Of a stretch of DNA of 64,000 nt, positions 41,722 to 51,910 are shown piece after piece. The notes beneath the pieces are model-generated. The model searched no databases. It worked only from the letters and a program-made list of their open reading frames with translations, and was not told the origin of the DNA. This DNA comes from Vicinamibacteria bacterium (GTDB lineage: Bacteria; Acidobacteriota; Vicinamibacteria; Marinacidobacterales; Marinacidobacteraceae). Numbering within the stretch: the first letter of the stretch is position 1; every line of letters starts with the position of its first letter. Both the position numbers and the translations under genes were made by a program. Location: positions 1,632,001 to 1,696,000 of the forward strand of contig CAXXLQ010000004.1 in NCBI GenBank assembly GCA_963668695.2, read 5' to 3'.

Positions 41722-41835
41722 CTCGCTGCCAATCTTCCCACGCCCGGACGAGGTGCAAGACGAGGTGAAACTCGCCACCCTCCGGATTGTCCGGTAAATT
41801 GGGCGTTCCCTTTAGCCTTACCGGAGGCTTGTTCC

Positions 41836-42987
41836 ATGCACACTTCGAAGTCCCGACGCGAGACGCTGCGCGTCCTTTCCGCACTCGCCGCCGCCGCGGC
41901 CCTCCCGAAGGGCGTCTTTGCCGGCTTCCCCGGCCTGCAGGACGAAGAGGTCATCCCCTTCACCGACATCGGCGAGGAGTTCGCGACGATGCGCGGTGAA
42001 CACCCGTTCCGCCTCGATCTGCGGGAGTTGCGCACCTTCATCACCCCGAATGACGACTTCTTCTCCGTCGCCCACTACAACCGGCCGGAGATCAACGCCG
42101 CCGGCTGGTCGCTGCGGCTTGACGGCCTCGTGGAACGCCCCGCTACCTACGCCCTCGATCAGTTGCGCGCCATGCCCCGCGTGGAGAAAACGGTCACCTT
42201 CGAGTGTTCCGGAAACCAGGCGATCCGGCACCACGGCATGGTCGGGAATGCGGTCTGGGCGGGAACGCCGCTGATGCCGCTCATCGAGGCCGCGGGACCG
42301 CACCAGACGGCGATCGAGACGGTCTTTTGGGCCGCCGACGAGGGGACCGAGACGATCCGCAACAACGAATATCCCCAGCACTTCGGCCGGGCCATGTCCC
42401 TCGCGGACACCAAGGCCTCCGGCGCGATCCTCGCGTACGAGATGAACGGCGAAGCACTGCCCGCCAAGAACGGCTTCCCGCTCCGGCTCATCGTGCCCGG
42501 TTGGTACGGCATCAGTCACGTGAAGTGGCTTACCCGCATCCAGCTCGCCGACCGGCGCCTGATGAACCGCTTCATGGGCCGCGACTACGTGACCATCATC
42601 GGCGAAGAGATGGACGGCGAAACCGTGTGGTTCGAACGCTCGGTGACGACCCAGCGCATCAAGTCGGTGGTTGCGCGGGTCGCGCGCACCGCGGGTGGCG
42701 GCACCCGGGTCTTCGGGGTGGCGTGGAACGACGGAACGCCGATCCGCGAGGTCAAGGTGCAGATTGACGGCGGGGACTGGATGCCGGCGACGCTCGAACG
42801 TTCGGGCAACCCCTACGCCTGGACCTTCTGGAACCTGGAGACCGGCGCGCTCGGCCCGGGCGAGCACAAGCTGGTCTCGAACGCGGTGGACGAACTGGGC
42901 CGCGAGCAGCCCGCCGACCTCAGCCTCAAGAAGACCTACTGGGAGGACAACGCTCAGTTCACCCGCTCGGTCATGGTGACCGGGTAG
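41836..42987 (+). CDS. Sulfite-oxidase-family molybdopterin oxidoreductase (Tat)
   Basis: SRRETL, TPNDDFF, ECSGN, NGFPLRLIVPGWYG..VKWL. Confidence 0.9.
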   Translation: MHTSKSRRETLRVLSALAAAAALPKGVFAGFPGLQDEEVIPFTDIGEEFATMRGEHPFRLDLRELRTFITPNDDFFSVAHYNRPEINAAGWSLRLDGLVERPATYALDQLRAMPRVEKTVTFECSGNQAIRHHGMVGNAVWAGTPLMPLIEAAGPHQTAIETVFWAADEGTETIRNNEYPQHFGRAMSLADTKASGAILAYEMNGEALPAKNGFPLRLIVPGWYGISHVKWLTRIQLADRRLMNRFMGRDYVTIIGEEMDGETVWFERSVTTQRIKSVVARVARTAGGGTRVFGVAWNDGTPIREVKVQIDGGDWMPATLERSGNPYAWTFWNLETGALGPGEHKLVSNAVDELGREQPADLSLKKTYWEDNAQFTRSVMVTG

Positions 42988-42994
42988 GTCGGTC

Positions 42995-44167
42995 GTGCGG
43001 CGGCGGCGGTTCCTGACTTCGGCCGCGGGGGTCGCGGTGGCTTCGGGCTATCGGGGGGTGTCTGCGGCCCGGCGCCTGAACGGCCGGATCGGAGTGGTCG
43101 GCGGGGGCATCCTCGGGTCGTCCATCGCTCTCCATCTTGCCCGGCGGGGGGCCGAAGTCACGGTGTTCGAACGCGAGGGGCCCGCGGCGGGCGCCACCGG
43201 AAACTCCTTCGCGTGGATGAACGCCAGTTTCTCCAAACGCCCCCACTCGTACCACGAGTTGAACTGGCGCGGCATGCAGGGTTGGCGGCGGCTCGAGGCC
43301 GAACTCGGCGGCGCCCTCAAGGTGAGCTGGGGCGGCAGCCTGGAGTACCGCATCGAAGCTGATCGCGTACGGCTCCTTCACGAGCAGCTCGCCCGGAGCC
43401 AGCGCTGGGGGTATCCCATCCATCAGGTGGATGAAGCGCGGTTTCATGAACTCGAACCGGGGTTGACTCCCGAGGCGCCGGTCCTCGGAGCGATCTGGGC
43501 AAGCGCCGAAGGCTCCATCGAGCCGCGTTCGGCGACGCGCGCCCTGTGGGCCGCTGCCGAAGCCGCCGGGGTGAAATTCCTGATCGCCGAGGTTGCATCC
43601 CTGGACATCGGCTACGGAGTCCTGCGAGGTATCCGGACCTCTGCCGGCGATCACGAACTCGACACGCTGGTCCTCGCCGCCGGCGTTCAGGCGCCCGAGC
43701 TCGCGCGGCAGGCGGGGGTCGAGGTTCCGCTCATCGAGTCCCCCGGAATCCTCGCCCATTCGAAACCTGCGACGTCCATGGTCAACCGGATCGTGCTCGC
43801 CCCGAACATCCACGCGAAGCAGACTGCTGACGGGAAGGTGGTGGCCGGCGTCGGCTTCGCGGGCGCGGGCTCCACGGACCACTCCCGGGCGGTGGGACAG
43901 GGGATCTTCGAGGAGGCCGCCAAAGTTCTCCCGGCGGCGAGCGGGTTGGAGGTCGACGAGGTCAGCCTCGGTTACCGGGTGCTTCCCAAGGATGGGCACC
44001 CGATCGTTGGTTTCGATCCCGCGGCTCCGGGGATCTATTTCGCCTCGATGCACAGCGGCGTGACGATGGCCCCCGTCATGGGGACGTTCGCCGCCATGGA
44101 AATCCTCGACGACGTCGAGGTCGCCCTGCTCTCAGAGTATCGTCTCGCGCGCTTCGGGACGTCCTGA
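42995..44167 (+). CDS. FAD-dependent oxidoreductase (DAO/glycine oxidase family, Tat)
   Basis: RRRRFL, VVGGGILG, GATGNSFAW, RVLPKDGHP, HSGVT. Confidence 0.88.
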   Translation: MRRRRFLTSAAGVAVASGYRGVSAARRLNGRIGVVGGGILGSSIALHLARRGAEVTVFEREGPAAGATGNSFAWMNASFSKRPHSYHELNWRGMQGWRRLEAELGGALKVSWGGSLEYRIEADRVRLLHEQLARSQRWGYPIHQVDEARFHELEPGLTPEAPVLGAIWASAEGSIEPRSATRALWAAAEAAGVKFLIAEVASLDIGYGVLRGIRTSAGDHELDTLVLAAGVQAPELARQAGVEVPLIESPGILAHSKPATSMVNRIVLAPNIHAKQTADGKVVAGVGFAGAGSTDHSRAVGQGIFEEAAKVLPAASGLEVDEVSLGYRVLPKDGHPIVGFDPAAPGIYFASMHSGVTMAPVMGTFAAMEILDDVEVALLSEYRLARFGTS

Positions 44168-44407
44168 CGTCCTAGCCAGCTCGCCACCGGGAGAGGCCGC
44201 GGACACAGACAACCCTCCGACGCGGGAGGTGGAAATCAAAGGCGGCTATTGAGGGCGCCTATTGAGCCGTCCCCCTTCGGGCCGCCGCTTGGGGATGGGT
44301 GGGTCTTCGCGCGACAGCCCCCGGCTACGCCGGACGCCGGAGGTAAGGAGGTGAACTTTCCAGCGCAATGAAAATATACCACAGCAGAGCCCCCGTAAAT
44401 CACTGAA

Positions 44408-45364
44408 TTACCGGGTGTCATAGGCCCGGAAAATGGTTTCCAGATCGCGTCGCGCGGTTTCGAAGTTGGAACGCGGAGGGAGATCGGGATCCCGCACCGA
44501 CCGGAGGAAATCTTTGGCCATTGCCGCGAAACCCATGAGGTCCTCAAAGGGGCCCAAACGAAACCGAATTCCCCAACCGGCGCGTAGCGCCAGGTACAGC
44601 CCGTTGCTCTCGAAGACGATGCGGCCGCGCTCGCCTTCCACGAAGGAGTGCTGGAGGATCCCTCCCGGGAGCGAGGGGGTGTTCCACGAGTAGCGGATCT
44701 CACCGCGGACTCCGGACGGGTAGTCGAGTTCGAGGAAGGAGTGCCGCTCCGGTTCCTCGCCGCCCGGGAGGGTAGCCCGCACCGCTGTCGGTTCCTCCCG
44801 GACCAGCGCGCCCATGAGCGCGACGAAGTGGACGCCGCCCTCGAGGAGGGCGCCATGCTGGACCCGCCAGTCCGAGGGCTGCTGCCGCGTGAGCTTCGAC
44901 ACCCGGACGCGGCGCAGGGGCCCGATTTCCGGGAGCCAGGCCCGGAGCCGGCGGAGGGACGGCTTGTAGAGGTAGTTCTCGGCGACCATCAGCGATCCGG
45001 CCGGGCGCCCGGCCAGCGCGCGGCCGATCGCCTCGACCTCGGCGCGTGATTGGGCCATCGGTTTTTCGACGAGGACGGACTTGCCGGCCGCGAGAGCGGC
45101 GACGGTCTGGGATGCGTGGTACCCGAGCGGGGAACAGATCGCTACCGCCGCGACATCGGGGCGCTCGAGGGCCTGCTCGAAACTGGGGAGGGTCTCACCC
45201 CGAAAGCGTGCGGCGAGCGCCTCCGCGGACTGCGGACTCCGGCTCGTGAACAGGAGGCGGGCGTGCGGCGCGAGATTGGCTGCGTGCACCCGGGCGATCC
45301 GGCCGCACCCGACGATGGCGATCGTCGGCGCCTCCGGAGCTCCGGCGGCGGGTCCGCTCTTCAA
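44408..45364 (-). CDS. Gfo/Idh/MocA oxidoreductase
   Basis: IVGCGRIA, GKSVLVEKPMA. Confidence 0.88.
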   Translation of the reverse strand: MKSGPAAGAPEAPTIAIVGCGRIARVHAANLAPHARLLFTSRSPQSAEALAARFRGETLPSFEQALERPDVAAVAICSPLGYHASQTVAALAAGKSVLVEKPMAQSRAEVEAIGRALAGRPAGSLMVAENYLYKPSLRRLRAWLPEIGPLRRVRVSKLTRQQPSDWRVQHGALLEGGVHFVALMGALVREEPTAVRATLPGGEEPERHSFLELDYPSGVRGEIRYSWNTPSLPGGILQHSFVEGERGRIVFESNGLYLALRAGWGIRFRLGPFEDLMGFAAMAKDFLRSVRDPDLPPRSNFETARRDLETIFRAYDTR

Positions 45365-46890
45365 GACAGCCTCCCGTTCACGATCCCCTCAGCGATCCGG
45401 AGGGCTCCCGCGGCAATTGTGAGACTCGGATTCACCCCGCCGGACGCGGGGAAGGCGCTTCCGTCGGTAACGAACAGATTGTCGAGTCCCCGCACCCGGC
45501 CCGTCGGCTCGAGGGCCGCCTCGTCGGCCTGCTCCCCCATCCGGAGCGTCCCCACCGCGTGGGAGAACGAAGAAATCGGCCAGACGTGGGTGGCGAGCGC
45601 TCCCGCGGTGCGGAGAATCTTCCGTGCTCTTCGCACGAGGAGCGCCAGCCGGTCCTCGTCGGCCCTCCGGTAGCGGTGCTCGACCCGGATGCGCTCCATA
45701 CCCAGGGCGTCCATCTCCCCCGAGAGGAAAACCCGGTTGCCCGGTTCCGCCGCGTCCTCGGCTACGCAGAGCAGGTTCTGGAGTCGGCGCACCAGTGGCT
45801 TCGCGAGGAAGGCGCCCGCGAATTTCCCGGCGGCGCGCCGGACGACGCCGGCGTCCGGGGTGTAGATGTCCTGGATGATTCCCACGGCTAGACCGTCGCG
45901 AGCCCGCTGTTCCTCGTAAGAGTCGATGAAGCAGACCTGCTTGTGGAAGACCTGCTCCGGGTTGGTCTCGAAAGGGAAGAGTCCGGCGACCACCGCGTTG
46001 CAGTGACGCATGAGGAATCGTCCTATCGGGGGTGCGCCCTCGTCCTTCCCGTTCTTCCCGGCAAGACCCGAGCGCAGCAGGATCGCCGGGCTTCCGAGTG
46101 CGCCGGCCGCGAGCACGAAGAGGGGTGCCTCGAAGGACACCGCCTCGCCGGATTCCTGATCCACGCCGTGGGCACGGGCCACCCGGTCTCCGCGAATCTG
46201 GAGGGCTCGCACCGCGATCCCCGCCCTGACCGTCAGCCCCTTCCGTTCGGCGCGGCGCAGGAGGCCGGTGGCGTCGTTCTTGGCTTCGATGGCGCATGGG
46301 AAGCCGTCGCAGGTGTTGCAACGCACGCAGCGCGGTCCGTCCTGTCCGGAGAAGTTGAGGGCGAGCGGGATCGGGAACGGCCGGAAGCCGAGTGCTTCCC
46401 CCGCCTTCCGGATGCGCTCCGCCGGCGCCGAATACGGGATCGGCGGGAAGGGATAGGCGGCAGATCGGGGAGGTTCCAGGGGGTCGGCGCCGGCGGCGCC
46501 GTGGACCCCGAGCAGCCGTTCCGCCTCGCTGTAGAAAGGCTCGAGATCCTGGTAGTCGAAGGGCCAGCGAGCGAAGTCCGCAGGCCGGAGCCTGAGAGAC
46601 GCGCCTCCGTAGAACACCGACATCCCGCCCACGGTCTCGTTCATCGGGAGCGGGCGGAACCGGCGGTCGTCCCGCTGCCGCACCGAGAGCGGTGTCTTCC
46701 CCCGGTACCGGAGGTCGTTCAGGATCGCCTGGGGGTTCCAGTCGCCCTCGTCCCGGTGCGGCCAGCGTCCCCGTTCGAGGACCACCACCCGGGCTCCCGC
46801 TTCGACGAGCCGATGGGCGGCGAGCGCTCCGCCGAGCCCGGAGCCGATAACGACTGCGTCCGCGCCGGATCCGTTCTGGGAGCGGGACAC
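45361..46890 (-). CDS. GMC-family oxidoreductase
   Basis: IGSGLGG, VGGMSVFY, CVRCNTCDGFPC, HAVGTLRMG, GGVNPSLTI. Confidence 0.9.
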   Translation of the reverse strand: MSRSQNGSGADAVVIGSGLGGALAAHRLVEAGARVVVLERGRWPHRDEGDWNPQAILNDLRYRGKTPLSVRQRDDRRFRPLPMNETVGGMSVFYGGASLRLRPADFARWPFDYQDLEPFYSEAERLLGVHGAAGADPLEPPRSAAYPFPPIPYSAPAERIRKAGEALGFRPFPIPLALNFSGQDGPRCVRCNTCDGFPCAIEAKNDATGLLRRAERKGLTVRAGIAVRALQIRGDRVARAHGVDQESGEAVSFEAPLFVLAAGALGSPAILLRSGLAGKNGKDEGAPPIGRFLMRHCNAVVAGLFPFETNPEQVFHKQVCFIDSYEEQRARDGLAVGIIQDIYTPDAGVVRRAAGKFAGAFLAKPLVRRLQNLLCVAEDAAEPGNRVFLSGEMDALGMERIRVEHRYRRADEDRLALLVRRARKILRTAGALATHVWPISSFSHAVGTLRMGEQADEAALEPTGRVRGLDNLFVTDGSAFPASGGVNPSLTIAAGALRIAEGIVNGRLS

Positions 46891-46909
46891 GGCCCCGGTG
46901 GATCGTGCG

Positions 46910-47713
46910 CTAGCCGGCTCCGCCGGCTTCGAGGTAGGCGACCACCGCGACCGCCACGATCAGCACCCAGGCGCCGTAGTGGAACCCCTCGCGCCGGAAG
47001 GACTCGAGCCGCGGCAGATCGGGGCGGAATTTCCCCGACATGTTCCGCTGGATGTAGGTCTTGTAGTACTCCACCAGGAACCGCTCGAGCCCGCCGTTCA
47101 TATACACGAGGATTCCGAGAGCGACGGGATCTCCGGGGGTGCGGAGCCAGTAGAAGATCGGTGAGGCGATCGCGAGCGTAAGCCCGGAGCGGAAGAACTT
47201 CAGGGTGTGGAACCCCTCGAAGGGGGCGTCCTTCCAGGCGCCGCCTCCGGAGACGAGGAGACCGGTGAGGTACGCGACGGCGAGATAGGCCCAAAAGCCG
47301 GTCACCGGAGTCCCGATGAAGAGCACTGCGATCACTCCGGCAACGAGAACCACCCCGGCGGCGATCCGGAGCGCGCGGCTCCTTACCGGGCGTCCCAGAA
47401 TCGTCAGCGCCGAAGGTACGAAGTACTTCTCCTGCGGTTCTTCGCGGAAGCAGCCCTTGTGGAGTTCGGTGAGGAACCGTTCAAGTCCCATCACCAGAAA
47501 GAAGAGCTGCACCAGCCCGAGGGCGGCGACGCGTTCCGAGAGCGCGGGGACGGTGAGCAGGAACGCGAAGATCGCGACCGAGAACAGGATGCTCCGCGGG
47601 AAGGTGCGCGGCTTGAAGCCTTCCCAGGGTGAATCCTTGAACCCGCCCCAGAGCGAGGTGTAGAGCCCGGAGAGCGCGGAAACCAGCAGCCCGCCGAAGA
47701 CCCCGGCGCTCAT
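46910..47713 (-). CDS. Hypothetical membrane protein with an internal two-fold repeat
   Basis: GGFKDSPWEGF / GAWKDAPFEGF and GLERFLTELHK / GLERFLVEYYK. Confidence 0.75.
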   Translation of the reverse strand: MSAGVFGGLLVSALSGLYTSLWGGFKDSPWEGFKPRTFPRSILFSVAIFAFLLTVPALSERVAALGLVQLFFLVMGLERFLTELHKGCFREEPQEKYFVPSALTILGRPVRSRALRIAAGVVLVAGVIAVLFIGTPVTGFWAYLAVAYLTGLLVSGGGAWKDAPFEGFHTLKFFRSGLTLAIASPIFYWLRTPGDPVALGILVYMNGGLERFLVEYYKTYIQRNMSGKFRPDLPRLESFRREGFHYGAWVLIVAVAVVAYLEAGGAG

Positions 47714-47740
47714 CGCGTACTACCGGCCACTACCGGCCGG

Positions 47741-49996
47741 TCAGCGGAGAATGTCGAACTGGCGGGTGTATTTGACCGTCAGGCTGCGATTCTGGGGACC
47801 GATCAGAACGTTGCCGAGCCCCTCGGTGTCGTTATAGACGATGAACAGGCCGGTGCCGGCGGTGTTCAACCAGTTGAGGCGAACGTTCGACGACCAGACA
47901 TCCGAATCGTCGTTGTACTGGACGAGCGCCTGGAGGTAGATCAGGGGGGTGAAGTTGAGGGCCATCCGGACCTGGGTGAGGTTCGCTATGAAGCTGCCTT
48001 CGGCGAGCTCGATGTCGTTGTGGAGCCAGGCCACCGAAGTGATCAGCCGCGTGCCCCAGCGGTAGTTGATCGTGGTGTCCACCGACCGCTGGTTCCCTGA
48101 AAGGAAACCGCCGTAGTCGAGGGCCCCGGAATAGGAGAACGGCGCGGCGCGGTTCGTGTTCCAGCGCCAGCCGAGCTGCCAGTGCTCGTAGGCGCCGGGA
48201 GGGACCACGATGCCCTCCCGAATCTCGAAGGGCTCCTGGAGCCCTTCCGCAACGCGGTTCATCGCCGGGCTGAGGTGAGCGCCGTTCTCGAAATCAATAT
48301 GGCTGTCGACGTGCAGCCGGCTCGTCTCCAGGAATCCGTCGAGGGTGCGGAAACCGGTGTAGGTGACGTGCGGCCGCAGTTCCCGGAGAGGGATGGGAAA
48401 CCTCTTGAGGAAAGCCGGGCGGTAGTAGCCGAAGTAGCCGTAGTCGTAGTTGCGGTAGGCATTCCGGCGCAGGAAGCCGACCTCGGGGTTGAAGTTGGCG
48501 GCCACCTCGGTCATCCCGAACCAGAGGCGGAGATCCCGGCGGAAGTACTCGCCCCGGCCCATGTAGGCGTACTCCCCGCCGTCCAGAAGCTCGTAGCCCG
48601 GTGTCTCAGTGCGGGCCGCGAACCCGGTGAAAGTGAGCGTTTCTCCGATGCCGAGCCGGCCTTCCACGCCCCAGGTCCGGTTCCAGTCGTCGTCGAGAGC
48701 GGAACTCCCGGTTCCCATTCGGTTCACGAACATGGTGCCGAGGGAGGAGCGTTGGCCGAACTCGCGGCTCAGGCTCATCACCGTGTAGTTGTTGGCGGGG
48801 ATCACCCCGGCGACTTGCTGGGTCTGCATGTTCAAGAAGCCCAGGTTGTAGTCCCCGGCCTTCCCCGAGAGCCGAGCGCCGCCGAGAATCGGTACCGGGA
48901 CCCCGCCGGGTCCGATCCCGATCCGGCGGCTGAAGAAGAGATCCACCGAACTCCCCTGGCCCATGGAGAAATTGCCGGCGTTTTCGAGGAAGAACGGCCG
49001 CTTCTCGGGGAAGAAGAGGTTGAAGCGAGTCAGGTTGATCTGCTGATCGTCCACCTCCACCTGGGCGAAGTCGGTGTTGTAGGTGAGGTCCACGTTCAGG
49101 CTCGGGGTCAGGCCTACCTTGGCGTCCACTCCGAAGTCAGTGTTCGTGTTTGTCTCGACTTCGACCGCATAGTCGCGGCCGGCGGCGCCCAGCGCATAGG
49201 GGGTGATCTTGAAATTCCGGGGGCTTCTCAGTTCGAGCCCGTGGAGTTCGCCCGCGGAGGAAAGCCGGTAGAGGTCGTAGATGCGGGATACCGGGGACCA
49301 GTAGTCGTCCTCGCGTTTCCTGCGGATGTTGCGGTGGAAGTTGATCCCCCAGGTCTGGGGGCTCCCGGCGTAGCGGAGGGTGCGCAGCGGAATTGCAAAC
49401 TCGGCGGACCAGCCCTCGTCGGTCATCGCAGTCGCCACCCTCCAGCTCGCGTCCCAGTTCACGTTGAAACCGCCCCCGGAGCCGGTGCCGGCGCGCCGCA
49501 TCCCTGGACCGCCGCCGCCACCGCCACTGCCGCCGCCGGCGTTGCTCAACTGGCCGTCGTACTCGAGCCCGGCCGGGGTGGTCCCGAAGACGAAGCCGTT
49601 CTGGAGGTCGTGATAGGTGTCGAAGACGACCCGGAACGAATCCGAGTCGGTCAGGCCGGAATCGCGCCGGGCGTCGCTGGCGATGATCCCGTCCGGGTCG
49701 CTGTCGTAGAGCATGGCCCCGATGTAGACCGCATCGTCGTCGAAAAGGATCCTGACTTCGGTCCGTTCGGTGGCGGGCTGCCCCTCGAAGGGATCCGCCT
49801 GGACGAAGTCCGTCAGCGCTTCCGCGGCCGCCCAGACGTCCTCGTCCAGGCGGCCGTCGATGGCCGGTGCCTCGAGCGTTGGCGAGGCCCGTCCGATGCG
49901 GACTCCGCTGGCGGATTCATCTTCGGCCCCCGTGCCGGACCCGGCCGCGAGGAGCAGGGCGCCGAGGGCGAACAAGGGTAGAACCGGATACCGCAT
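47741..49996 (-). CDS. CBM9-like + DUF5916 outer-membrane protein
   Basis: PAIDGRLDE.VW, GWSAEFAIP, NTDFAQVEVD..NLTRF.LFFPEKRPFFLE. Confidence 0.85.
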   Translation of the reverse strand: MRYPVLPLFALGALLLAAGSGTGAEDESASGVRIGRASPTLEAPAIDGRLDEDVWAAAEALTDFVQADPFEGQPATERTEVRILFDDDAVYIGAMLYDSDPDGIIASDARRDSGLTDSDSFRVVFDTYHDLQNGFVFGTTPAGLEYDGQLSNAGGGSGGGGGGPGMRRAGTGSGGGFNVNWDASWRVATAMTDEGWSAEFAIPLRTLRYAGSPQTWGINFHRNIRRKREDDYWSPVSRIYDLYRLSSAGELHGLELRSPRNFKITPYALGAAGRDYAVEVETNTNTDFGVDAKVGLTPSLNVDLTYNTDFAQVEVDDQQINLTRFNLFFPEKRPFFLENAGNFSMGQGSSVDLFFSRRIGIGPGGVPVPILGGARLSGKAGDYNLGFLNMQTQQVAGVIPANNYTVMSLSREFGQRSSLGTMFVNRMGTGSSALDDDWNRTWGVEGRLGIGETLTFTGFAARTETPGYELLDGGEYAYMGRGEYFRRDLRLWFGMTEVAANFNPEVGFLRRNAYRNYDYGYFGYYRPAFLKRFPIPLRELRPHVTYTGFRTLDGFLETSRLHVDSHIDFENGAHLSPAMNRVAEGLQEPFEIREGIVVPPGAYEHWQLGWRWNTNRAAPFSYSGALDYGGFLSGNQRSVDTTINYRWGTRLITSVAWLHNDIELAEGSFIANLTQVRMALNFTPLIYLQALVQYNDDSDVWSSNVRLNWLNTAGTGLFIVYNDTEGLGNVLIGPQNRSLTVKYTRQFDILR

Positions 49997-50040
49997 AAGC
50001 GCGCAAATTTACTTCGCTGGAGCGCCCGGCGCACCTTTAA

Positions 50041-50818
50041 CAGCCGGTGGTGAAACCCACGTGAGCGCCGAGGCCGGTGAGGCGCCCGGCTGACAAGGCG
50101 CGTGAGGGAGGAATACCGGGTGTATTTCGACCGAAACGCAACGCAGAACGCAGCGAAGCGGAGTGGTGAACAGCTTGTGGTGGAACCCCCGTGAGCGCCG
50201 AGGCCGGCGAGGCCCAGTTCTCCCGGTGGGGCCAGTCCTCCCGGTGGGGGCCCGGTTGACAAGGCGCGTGAGGGAGGAGCCCCCACCGGGAGAACTGGCC
50301 CGGGTGTATTCCGACCGAAACGCAACGATGAGCGGCGCGAAGCGACGCGGTGAACAGCCGGTGGTGGAACCCCCGTGAGCGCCGAGGCCAGTGAGGCCCA
50401 GTTCTCCCGGTGGGGCCAGTCCTCCCGGTGGGGGCCCGGCTGACAAGGCGGGTGAGGGAGGAGCCCCCACCGGGAGAACTGGCCCGGGTGTATTCCGACC
50501 GAAACGCAACGATGAGCGGCGCGAAGCGACGCGGTTCAGCCGGGATGGATCGCCGGCCGAGCCCCCACCGGGAGAACTGGGCCGCGTGGGTTTCATCACC
50601 GGTTGTTTGGCCGGGATGGATCGCCGGCCGAGCCCCCACCGGGAGAACTGGGCCGCGTGGGTTTCATCACCGGTTGTTTGGCCGGGATGGATCGCCGGCC
50701 GAGCCCCCACCGGGAGAACTGGGCCGCGTGGGTTTCATCACCGGTTGTTGGGCCGGGATGGATCGCCGGTCGAGCCCCCACCGGGAGAACTGGGCCGCGT
50801 GGGTTTTGCCACAGGCTG
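50041..50818. mobile_element. Compound MITE A locus: 130-bp + 184-bp partial units + full unit with 3 extra 71-bp ends; ten 18-mers
   Basis: 184 = 130 + 3x18. 464 = 179 + 4x18 + 3x71. The 71-bp period is seen at 50563/50634/50705/50776. Confidence 0.85.
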
Positions 50819-50986
50819 TTCAGGAATGTGGGGCGTTTCCACCCGTGAGAACGCCGCGAAGCGACCAGCAAAAGGCGATGGAAATCGCGCCGGAGCGGCG
50901 CCCCGCAGCCGAAAATGGCGGGTGCTCCATGGCATAGTTCGCGCGCCGCCGGCTCTGGCCCGGAGGGAGAGGAGATTCTTCAGGAT

Positions 50987-51766
50987 ATGAACGACAGGGC
51001 ACCGGCCAGCACCCGCGAACTGCTTGACTTCGCCACCGAGATCGCCTGGGAGGCCGGGCGTCTCATCATGCGCCACTTTCAGGTCGGAGTGGGCGTTTCC
51101 ACGAAGCCGGACCGCACTCCGGTCACCGAGGCGGACATTGCCGGCGAAAGGCTGCTCCGGAAGCGGATCGAGGCGAAGTTTCCCGGCCACCGCATCCTCG
51201 GGGAGGAGGACGGCGAGTCCGGTTCCGATCCGACGCACCGCTGGATTCTCGATCCCATCGACGGCACGACGTCGTTCGTTCATGGCGTGCCCCTGTTCGG
51301 CATGCTGATCGGCCTCGAGATCGCGGGCGAGGCGGTGGTGGGGGTCTGCAACATCGCCGGACTCGGCGAAATGGTCACCGGCGCCCGCGGCGAGGGAGCC
51401 TTCTGGAACGGGCGGCCGGCACGCGTCTCCAGCGTGACCGAAATCGGAAACGCCCTTGCCACCACCACCGACCCGGCGACGATCGGTCCCATCTGGGAGG
51501 CGGTCGGCGCGAAGGGTGCGGTCCGCCGCACCTGGGGTGACGCCTTCGGCCACGCGCTGGTCTGTACGGGCCGTTCCGAGATCGGCCTCGATCCGGAGAT
51601 GAAACCCTGGGATTCGAGCCCCTTCCTGCCCATCCTCGAGGAGGCTGGCGGCCGCTTCACCGACTGGGACGGTAACCGCACGATCCACGGGCCGAACGCG
51701 CTGAGCACGAACGGCGCCCTCCACGACGAGGTCCTGGAGTTACTCGCTGAAGTCCACGGGACGTAG
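50987..51766 (+). CDS. hisN: Inositol monophosphatase family, histidinol-phosphatase-like
   Basis: TPVTEAD, ILGEE, WILDPIDGT, WD...EAGG. The specific function is inferred. Confidence 0.7.
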   Translation: MNDRAPASTRELLDFATEIAWEAGRLIMRHFQVGVGVSTKPDRTPVTEADIAGERLLRKRIEAKFPGHRILGEEDGESGSDPTHRWILDPIDGTTSFVHGVPLFGMLIGLEIAGEAVVGVCNIAGLGEMVTGARGEGAFWNGRPARVSSVTEIGNALATTTDPATIGPIWEAVGAKGAVRRTWGDAFGHALVCTGRSEIGLDPEMKPWDSSPFLPILEEAGGRFTDWDGNRTIHGPNALSTNGALHDEVLELLAEVHGT

Positions 51767-51910
51767 TAGGGACCGCCGGCCAGTTCTCCCGGTGGGGGCC
51801 TTCAGACCGGCACCGCCCGCCAGCGGCGGGCGAATGCGCTGCTCCTGAACCCGCGACTTGCAGCAGCGAGATCGCGTACTGCCATCGGTCCTGACCGCGG
51901 AGCTGCGCTA

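Noticed and set aside
50009-50990. Small proteins with PHRENW/PTGRTG/PPPGEL repeats
   Set aside because: These are translations of the 18-mer and MITE in different frames, not a conserved protein family.
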